Shown here: positions 1 to 5,642 of the stretch, piece by piece
Numbering within the stretch: position 1 is the stretch's first letter
How the letters are laid out: each line of letters opens with the position of its first letter
Assembly: GCA_018985225.1 (NCBI GenBank)
Contig: JADGIF010000638.1
Span: 1-5,642, forward strand
Length of the DNA stretch: 5,642 nucleotides
Direction: 5' to 3'
Source of the DNA: Amoeboradix gromovi X-113
Taxonomy: Eukaryota; Fungi; Sanchytriomycota
Translations under genes and position numbers: made by a program
The notes under the pieces: model-generated
Database searches by the model: none
The model's input: only the letters and a program-made list of their open reading frames with translations
What the model was told of the DNA's origin: nothing

Positions 1-104
1 AAGGGTGGTCTGCTCTCTTCATCAGCGGAATTGCGCTCTCTTTTCATGTTTTGTAAGTGGCAATCCTCTTCTTTCAACTCTGATTCAATTGTATTTGAAA
101 TCAT
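1..104 (-). CDS. Possible 5' portion of an unidentified gene running off the left edge (MISNTIESELKEEDCHLQNMKRERNSADEESRPP...)
   Basis: ATG at 104-102 on the minus strand opens a frame with no stop for 34 codons to the window edge. The peptide is charged and protein-like but too short to assign. Confidence 0.4.
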   Translation of the reverse strand, partial: MISNTIESELKEEDCHLQNMKRERNSADEESRPP

Positions 105-405
105 AAAGTCAGTAGTTACCGTACAAATCTAAAATAAAGACTGGATGAAAGAGCAAGAGAATAGCTGTACAAAATATTTATTTTTGAAATTTCGAGACAA
201 ATTGTCTAGTCTAGTTTTTACAGAGCATGTCCCATATGTTCCTTGCTGCCATATGGTATTTATCCAATTGTAAATTACCACTTCTTATGTCTTAGGTGTT
301 CGTCAGTCATATAAACTATAGTTCTTCAAAAGTAGACAGTCACTAGAGCTTTTACCGCAGCTGGCCCAGGAAAGAGTTACAAATTCAAAAGAGTTAAATT
401 AAAAT

Positions 406-1218
406 TTACTTTTGATGCCTATTTACCAGCTCAAGAGCTTTAGTTAGCAGTTTCTCACAAGTCACCAAGTCATCATATTCTACAGCAGATGAGATGTGCT
501 TGCATAGTTTTTGAATTTCGCGTTGATCTTCTACATAGGTGCTGCTCATCTTTACGTTTGAAATAACTGGATCATAAACCGGTACATGCTTATGCGTAGC
601 GGGACTCTTAACTGGTTTCTTTTCAATTTGCTGGATTTTTGGCGACGAAATTGGCTCATCTTGAGGTTCAACTTGAGTTACTGGCTGAGCAGTAAAATCC
701 ATCATAACAGGGGCGCTGGGCTGTATGATCGAGCTATCTATGGTGTTGGATTCACTTTTAAATGGTTCAGAGGTCCCTTTTGTCTTTAAATCACTTAGAA
801 TAGTTCTTGATCGAAATTTCGAGAACTTGGCCATTTCTTTGTATTTTTCAATGTTTTCAATATTTTCGAAAACAGATAAGCACTCTAGCAATACACTTGC
901 GTTGAGATATTGCTTGGCAGTAATCGCAGTTGGTTGAATTTCATCTTGTTTGACACTGAGAGTAAACAAACCAATTGCCTGTTGTTCCATTTGTTCGCCA
1001 GTCTTCTTTTGGTCTAAATCCGGTACACTTGGCTTGTTTTGCTCTAAATAAGAAATGATTTTAGTTGAAAATACTTGCTCTATGGAAATGCACTGCATAG
1101 CAGTATGGAGCAAGATATAATAAGATATGTTAGGCAAATTAGTATATTCATTCGCTAAATTGATAAATCTTTTATACTGCACGCAACTTGTTGGAACTTC
1201 AATCTCAAGGCTCTGCAT
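406..1218 (-). CDS. VTA1: Vta1/LIP5 homolog (Vps4 activator, ESCRT/MVB sorting), 270 aa
   Basis: C-terminal EIQKLCKHISSAVEYDDLVTCEKLLTKALELV closely resembles the Vta1 VSL domain (QKxxKxAISALxxEDxxTAxxxLxKALxLL). The N-terminal ~150 aa has Vta1 MIT-region-like segments (FINLANEY, ISYYILLH, YLEQNK, AKQYLNASVLLECLSVF, KFSKFRSRTILSDLK). A Pro/Ser/Gln-rich linker joins them. The ORF-track start at 1221 is TTG; the first ATG is 1218-1216. Stop TAA at 408-406. Confidence 0.9.
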   Translation of the reverse strand: MQSLEIEVPTSCVQYKRFINLANEYTNLPNISYYILLHTAMQCISIEQVFSTKIISYLEQNKPSVPDLDQKKTGEQMEQQAIGLFTLSVKQDEIQPTAITAKQYLNASVLLECLSVFENIENIEKYKEMAKFSKFRSRTILSDLKTKGTSEPFKSESNTIDSSIIQPSAPVMMDFTAQPVTQVEPQDEPISSPKIQQIEKKPVKSPATHKHVPVYDPVISNVKMSSTYVEDQREIQKLCKHISSAVEYDDLVTCEKLLTKALELVNRHQK

Positions 1219-1644
1219 CAAAAATTAAAAAAATAAACATAATATAATTTATTTTCTTTATGAGCCGAAAGCAAACATACCCTTGATTTTAAGTGGATCA
1301 AGTCTCTAATAGAAAAGGGTGAAATAATGGATAACTTGGATACGCAAATTTAAGTAGACGTAAATTGATCGTAGAGAAAGCGGTTATGCAGCTAAGCAGA
1401 ATAAATAATTTTGATTGAATTGTAATCCAAGAGCATTCTTTCGTAATTAGGCTGAACATGATGCTCTAGAGCACAGATTATATAATACCAGTCCAAATGT
1501 AGTAGGACCATCATCAGAAAAAGACATATAAGCTATATTTCCATTGCTGATCATACAAATAGCTTATTCAGATTTTGTTGCTTTTGGTTGATTTTCATGA
1601 CTGGGTGAAATCTAGTTTGAAACCATAAACAAAAAAAGTGGATC
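1219..1644. promoter_or_regulatory. Divergent intergenic region, probable shared or back-to-back promoters for VTA1 and the formin
   Basis: 426 bp between two divergent ATGs. Very AT-rich next to the VTA1 start (1221-1260) and A-rich just upstream of the formin ATG (aaacaaaaaaagtggatcATG). No specific sites can be assigned. Confidence 0.5.
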
Positions 1645-4600
1645 ATGTTTCCATCTCTTTCTTCATTATTTGGATCGTATTCGAGCACAAACGAGTCACT
1701 GAAAAAAGGGCAGATTCAGGTTAAGAACATGTCAATTACAACTGATGATATATGGACTATGGATCAACTTACAGATTATTTAAATGTTCAAGCACCGTCT
1801 CAACAAATTCAACTAAAACCCTTAGACCTGAAGACAGAACTAGACATTATAAATATAACTTCTCAAGTCTGGGTGTCTGGAGCACCGTGGTCTCGTAGAA
1901 CGGAAACTCAAATATATCGTAACAACTTTAAAGAGTTGGGAGAGTTTTTAAGTAAAAAGAAGAAGAACTACTTGATATTCAATCTTAGCGATATAGATTA
2001 TCCTCTTGATTTCAAAGTTATTCATCAGGAGTTTCATTATCAACTTATTGAAATATTTCAATTAATGCGGGCAATTTCTGGTTGGATTAAACTTAATGAT
2101 CAACATATTGCTATAGTTCATTGCAGCAATGGTATAAAGCATACGAGTATACTTGTTTCTGCGCTTTTAAAATATTTGGATATCTTTCCCACAACATTAG
2201 AGGCATTTGATTACTTTGTTCTTCGCCGTTGTCCCTTTGACCAGGACTGGATATCTTGCAAACACACCCGGTATATCCATTATATTAATGACATATTCAA
2301 CTTTAATGGCCAGGTCCCCAATCCTAATCTAATCGTTTTACGTAAAATCATTCTTAACAGTGTGCCAATGTACCAATTTAGTCCAATTATTCCAATCATT
2401 GAAATTATATCGAATAATAAGAAGATTTACTCCAGTTCAGATAACATATTTATTGATGAATACAATATCGTTGTCAACTTCACTGATGACATTTTATTGG
2501 ACCAAGATGTTGAAATAAAATTTCTACATGATCAAGAGATTCCTATAAACATCGTCAAGTTTTCATTTAATACTGGGTTTACAAGCGCGGGTTTAGTTAG
2601 ATTACTGCCGAGTGAGTTAGAATTTCCAAATCACAAGAATTGCACCTTTCACAGTGATTTTAGCATAGATTTAGTGTTCATGGAAACCTTGAACGTTAAG
2701 AAGCTCAATTACTCCAAGTATTTAGACGTGTTGCTGCACAAGCAACTATATCAACTGTCATTGGCAATTCCTATACCTTTGGATTTAGAAAAGTGTCATA
2801 TTTTGCAATCTCAATCATACAACAAGATCAGTTATGAGTTAGCTCTAAAGCTGGCGAACAACGATCTTCATTTAGCTACGGAACTACTATTATCGGTCTT
2901 CAGTAAAATTAACAATCAATTACAACAGGAATTGGTTGAAATGGGCAAAAAACACTTAAAGCATAAGGTTGTTAACAAACTGAAGAGATCAAGCGGCTAT
3001 AACCAGTTCATTCAAGCTGACGAGGATGGTTTTATTGATTTGTTTGAAACTCCTCATGTCAGTGAGGATGAAATAAATTCTCCACCAAGCACAAAGACTA
3101 CGATTAAGGGTATCAATACCATTAATACTCGCAAAAAGAGAAGAGACAACAAATATGCAGATTATGCTCTTGTTAACTCACCAGATAAGGATTTAGAGGA
3201 GAAAAGCAACTCCTTACTAGATGATACTCCAACAGATGAGAGCAAGAACAAAATAGTCGACCAGGAGAAGATTATTGACAAGCTAGATGATACTCCAACA
3301 GATGAGAGCAAGAACAAAATAGTCGACCAGGAGAAGATTATTGACAATAAAGTAGAGCACTTAGAGGCCGTAAAAGATAACAAAGTGGGCATAAATGCAG
3401 GTATGGATACAGTAGAAGTCAGTAACGCGCTTGAAAAGAAGATGGACAAGGATATTATAGAAAAGATTAATTTATTAGAAAGGCATAGGAACAACAGTAT
3501 AAATGAAAAGAGAAATGACCTGGATGCCGAAGAAAAAGAAGCAATAGCACCCGCACTAGAAGAAGCAAAAGACACGCCAACTGTATCAGATTCGAGAAAA
3601 GACTCGCCCTCTAATTCCTCATCCAATGTCTCTACCATTTCGAGATCACTCACCATCAACAGAAGAAAGAACAGGGATGCCACAATAGACCTGTCTACCA
3701 TAGATAATGCTATGGACATCATAGAGCCTGTAGTGCAACAAACAGGTGTACCACCGCCTCCCCCACCGCCTCCATTTGGTAATATACCACCGCCGCCGCC
3801 TATCCCTGCCGCACCTGGCGTTCCACCACCACCACCACCACCAGGTATGGGACCTGTTGTGAACAAGCCCCGAATACGCAACAAAATGCACTTCGAACAA
3901 CCTGCTACAATTAATAGGAACTCGATATGGGATGGGCCTGAAGATGACTATAAAATAGAAAACAACATGATGCAAGGTAATAGTATCGTAGATTTGGATT
4001 TAAACAAGTTTGAAGATTTATTTTGTGTGACTGAGAATCAGCCAAAGCCTATTGTAAGAACGCCTGTTGTTCAATCCGCTGTTACTACAATATTGGATGT
4101 TAGAAGAGCAAACAATGTAGCTATAGGCCTTAGTAAATACAAGAATTATTCATTTTTAGAGCTAAGAACCATGTTGGCCACTTTTAAAATGGATAATTTG
4201 GATGATTTAATTCACATTCAATCACTCTTACCAAATGAAGAGGATATAAAACTTATCAACAATTTTAAAAGAACCAACAAATCAACAGATGTTGAATATG
4301 GTAAAGCAGAGGAATTCATGATGGTCATGATGGAGGACCCTAATATTGAGCAATTCACTAGCATAATGATTTATAAATCATCCTTTACTGAGCAGACAGT
4401 GCAAATAAAATCTAAATTACAAGAAATTATCAAAGTTTCATCTGAACTGGTCACCAGCAAGGAGTTTAAAATTTTATTAAAAACCGTTTTAAATCTTGGT
4501 AATAGCTACAATAGGCAGCAAATCAAAGGTTTTAAAATCAACAACTTGTTGAAATTGAACACAATAAAATCTTCCGATAAAAAAACTAATTTGCTAAATT

Positions 4601-5190
4601 ATTTATGTCTAATGACTGTTCAAGGATGTCCAGAGATACTTAAATTACCTGATCAATTTTCAGCACTAGAAGAACTGCAGTTTATTAATATGAACGAGAT
4701 CAGCTTGAAGATCAAGCAATTAGATGACGAACTAATTAGAATTGAGAAATACTCACCATTAAATGTTCCATTAGAAATTAAGGAAACCTATGGTGAATTT
4801 GACTACAAAGTTTTTATAACTGAGTTTATAAACAGCAGTATAGATGTAATGGATGATATATTAGATTTGCAAGAGGAATATCAAAGAACTTGGATTAAAA
4901 CGGCATTGTACTTTGGCGAAGATTTACAAGGAGATATAAAAATACCCAGTGATTTGTTTGTTATACTAAATGAGTTTTTTAAGATGCTTCACAAAGCAAA
5001 TAAAGAGAATGAATTAGAACAAGAGAGAATTGAGAGAATGGCTCGCAAAAAACAACTCAGTAATAGACCTGATGACATAGCAAGCGTGTTGACACGAACA
5101 GCTAATGAAGGTACTATAGCTGCTAAATTTATAAACATAAGAAGAGCGGTCGAAGGAGAGGAAGACGAGGATGATTCCTGGAAAGACTAA
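1645..5190 (+). CDS. Multidomain formin: PTEN-like/C2 - UBA-like - FH1 - FH2 - acidic Trp tail, 1181 aa
   Basis: Uninterrupted 3546-nt ORF. An in-frame TGA at 1618-1620 precedes the ATG. Polyproline FH1 is followed by FH2 hallmarks (SIW, FEDLF, ILDVRRANNVAIGL, LLPNEED, AEEF, LNLGNSYN, GFKINNLLKLNTIKSSDKKTNLLNYL, YFGED). PTEN/tensin/auxilin-type motifs lie at the N-terminus. Confidence 0.93.
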   Translation: MFPSLSSLFGSYSSTNESLKKGQIQVKNMSITTDDIWTMDQLTDYLNVQAPSQQIQLKPLDLKTELDIINITSQVWVSGAPWSRRTETQIYRNNFKELGEFLSKKKKNYLIFNLSDIDYPLDFKVIHQEFHYQLIEIFQLMRAISGWIKLNDQHIAIVHCSNGIKHTSILVSALLKYLDIFPTTLEAFDYFVLRRCPFDQDWISCKHTRYIHYINDIFNFNGQVPNPNLIVLRKIILNSVPMYQFSPIIPIIEIISNNKKIYSSSDNIFIDEYNIVVNFTDDILLDQDVEIKFLHDQEIPINIVKFSFNTGFTSAGLVRLLPSELEFPNHKNCTFHSDFSIDLVFMETLNVKKLNYSKYLDVLLHKQLYQLSLAIPIPLDLEKCHILQSQSYNKISYELALKLANNDLHLATELLLSVFSKINNQLQQELVEMGKKHLKHKVVNKLKRSSGYNQFIQADEDGFIDLFETPHVSEDEINSPPSTKTTIKGINTINTRKKRRDNKYADYALVNSPDKDLEEKSNSLLDDTPTDESKNKIVDQEKIIDKLDDTPTDESKNKIVDQEKIIDNKVEHLEAVKDNKVGINAGMDTVEVSNALEKKMDKDIIEKINLLERHRNNSINEKRNDLDAEEKEAIAPALEEAKDTPTVSDSRKDSPSNSSSNVSTISRSLTINRRKNRDATIDLSTIDNAMDIIEPVVQQTGVPPPPPPPPFGNIPPPPPIPAAPGVPPPPPPPGMGPVVNKPRIRNKMHFEQPATINRNSIWDGPEDDYKIENNMMQGNSIVDLDLNKFEDLFCVTENQPKPIVRTPVVQSAVTTILDVRRANNVAIGLSKYKNYSFLELRTMLATFKMDNLDDLIHIQSLLPNEEDIKLINNFKRTNKSTDVEYGKAEEFMMVMMEDPNIEQFTSIMIYKSSFTEQTVQIKSKLQEIIKVSSELVTSKEFKILLKTVLNLGNSYNRQQIKGFKINNLLKLNTIKSSDKKTNLLNYLCLMTVQGCPEILKLPDQFSALEELQFINMNEISLKIKQLDDELIRIEKYSPLNVPLEIKETYGEFDYKVFITEFINSSIDVMDDILDLQEEYQRTWIKTALYFGEDLQGDIKIPSDLFVILNEFFKMLHKANKENELEQERIERMARKKQLSNRPDDIASVLTRTANEGTIAAKFINIRRAVEGEEDEDDSWKD
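1834..2310 (+). other. PTEN/tensin-type phosphatase-fold domain (approx. aa 64-222), probably catalytically dead
   Basis: LDIINIT, YRNNFKELGEFL, NYLIFNLS, W...HIAIVHCSNGIKHT, EAFDYF and RYIHY parallel PTEN LDLTYI, YRNNIDDVVRFL, YKIYNL, HVAAIHCKAGKGRT, EALDFY and RYVYY. Boundaries are approximate. Confidence 0.85.
2317..2685 (+). other. PTEN/tensin-type C2 domain (approx. aa 225-347)
   Basis: Beta-rich segment with LRKIILNSVP, DVEIKFLH, KFSFNTGF and FHSDFSIDLVF, matching the PTEN-C2 pattern (DIKVEFFH, FWVNTFF, FSPNFKVKLYF). It directly follows the phosphatase fold. Confidence 0.8.
2776..2898 (+). other. UBA-like three-helix domain (approx. aa 378-418)
   Basis: DLEKCHILQSQSYNKISYELALKLANNDLHLATELLL matches the UBA pattern L..MGF......AL....ND...A...L. 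The MGF loop is replaced by QSY. Confidence 0.6.
3217..3348 (+). repeat. In-frame tandem duplication, 2 x 66 bp (LDDTPTDESKNKIVDQEKIID[K/N])
   Basis: 3217-3281 is identical to 3283-3347. Only the last base of the unit differs (g3282 vs t3348). Confidence 0.97.
3745..3855 (+). other. FH1 polyproline domain (tracts P8, P5, P7), including a (CCA)7 run at 3823-3843
   Basis: GVPPPPPPPPFGNIPPPPPIPAAPGVPPPPPPPGMGP immediately upstream of FH2; forms a local C-rich island. Confidence 0.92.
3865..5010 (+). other. FH2 actin nucleation/elongation domain (approx. aa 741-1122)
   Basis: Conserved actin-contact Ile (NVAIGL, I827, nt 4123-4125) and Lys (TIKS, K975, nt 4567-4569). GN(Y/F)MN-equivalent GNSYN at 4498-4512. 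Lasso Trp at 3928-3930. Confidence 0.92.
5071..5187 (+). other. C-terminal amphipathic + basic + acidic-Trp tail resembling the WASP/SCAR CA motif
   Basis: DDIASVLTR...IAAKFINIRRAVEGEEDEDDSWKD-stop, with Trp third from the C-terminus after an acidic run. Confidence 0.65.
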
Positions 5191-5229
5191 ATGATGTTGG
5201 GCGTCAATTGATTCTTTCATACGATGAGG

Positions 5230-5266
5230 AATAAAGTGTTGTCTAAAATCTGTTTGTTTCTGTGTT
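5230..5266 (+). terminator. Putative polyadenylation signal of the formin gene
   Basis: AATAAA at 5230-5235, 40 nt after the stop, followed by a GT/T-rich stretch (gtgttgtc...tgtttgtttctgtgtt). A second AATAAA lies at 5421-5426. Such hexamers are common by chance in AT-rich DNA. Confidence 0.4.
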
Positions 5267-5642
5267 AATTACCCGTCCACGTATCCTCGCATTAATATTT
5301 AAGTGTGCTTGTTGTTTACTAAAACGCACTCCATATATGTTGCTTGCGATTGAAGGTACGTGACATTGCGTGATGCATTTAATTTTCTTCCCAAAGCCAG
5401 CTGAGCAAGACGCTACTAGAAATAAAGTGAAATTTTTCCCTAGTTTGTACAGCGGCTATACGGAATCAGAAGTATTTGAATAGCCGTAAGTGCCTGTTTG
5501 ACACTCTTGCAAATACGTCTAAGATTGTGAAAGACCATTCAAGTTTACTAAATACACTCATGGGGCACCAAATATAAAAACTAGACTAACTCGTTTTTAA
5601 AGGAGGTGCTCCATACGGAGGAAATCATTAATAAAAGATCTT

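Noticed and set aside
811-822. 12-bp perfect palindrome tcgaaatttcga, with a similar gaaatttcgaga at 186-197
   Set aside because: Short, AT-rich and inside a CDS; compatible with chance.
586-937. Two short plus-strand ORFs (586..789, 725..937)
   Set aside because: Antisense to the well-supported VTA1 CDS, short, and without recognisable motifs.
1219-1221. ORF-track start of VTA1 at 1221
   Set aside because: This codon is TTG. In a eukaryotic gene the adjacent ATG (1218-1216) is the likely start.
3217-3348. Direct repeat considered as a CRISPR array or mobile-element footprint
   Set aside because: Only two abutting copies with no spacer, in frame within a eukaryotic CDS; no terminal inverted repeats or transposase.
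3751-3843. G-rich minus strand with possible G-quadruplex
   Set aside because: Mostly GG doublets fully explained by proline codons; no evidence of an independent function.
3162-3884. 240-aa minus-strand ORF with poly-Gly and Ser/Leu/Phe-rich repeats
   Set aside because: Antisense shadow of the formin. Poly-Gly mirrors the FH1 CCN codons and the S/L/F richness mirrors Glu/Lys/Asp codons; there is no independent protein signature.
3646-3975. 109-aa minus-strand ORF with a poly-Trp run
   Set aside because: The Trp run is simply the reverse complement of (CCA)n proline codons.
5071-5150. Tail interpreted as a canonical DAD autoinhibitory motif
   Set aside because: No MDxLLxxL core and no recognisable N-terminal DID/GBD partner; the terminal acidic-Trp fits CA better. 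A degenerate DAD/WH2-like role for DDIASVL is not fully excluded.
5014-5220. 68-aa minus-strand ORF
   Set aside because: Overlaps the formin 3' end in antisense; no recognisable features.
5243-5455. About 70-codon stop-free minus-strand frame downstream of the formin
   Set aside because: No ATG and no recognisable homology or clear splice support; treated as intergenic/UTR.

Overview
AT-rich, compact eukaryotic locus with two apparently intronless genes arranged head-to-head. (1) Minus strand 406..1218: a Vta1/LIP5 homolog (ESCRT/Vps4 cofactor, with an N-terminal MIT region and a C-terminal VSL domain). (2) Plus strand 1645..5190: a 1181-aa formin. Its architecture is PTEN-like pseudophosphatase + PTEN-type C2 + UBA-like helical domain + disordered linker (FxDxF/LIR-like motif and a near-perfect 66-bp tandem duplication) + short FH1 + FH2 + a C-terminal tail ending in an acidic-Trp motif resembling the WASP/SCAR 'CA' Arp2/3-binding module. 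The most interesting signal is this formin: it may combine membrane and ubiquitin sensing with both linear (FH2) and branched (Arp2/3) actin assembly. The 5' end of a possible third gene runs off the left edge on the minus strand. Domain calls are by-eye motif recognition, not database searches. An early-diverging fungus or related protist is a guess from gene content and composition.
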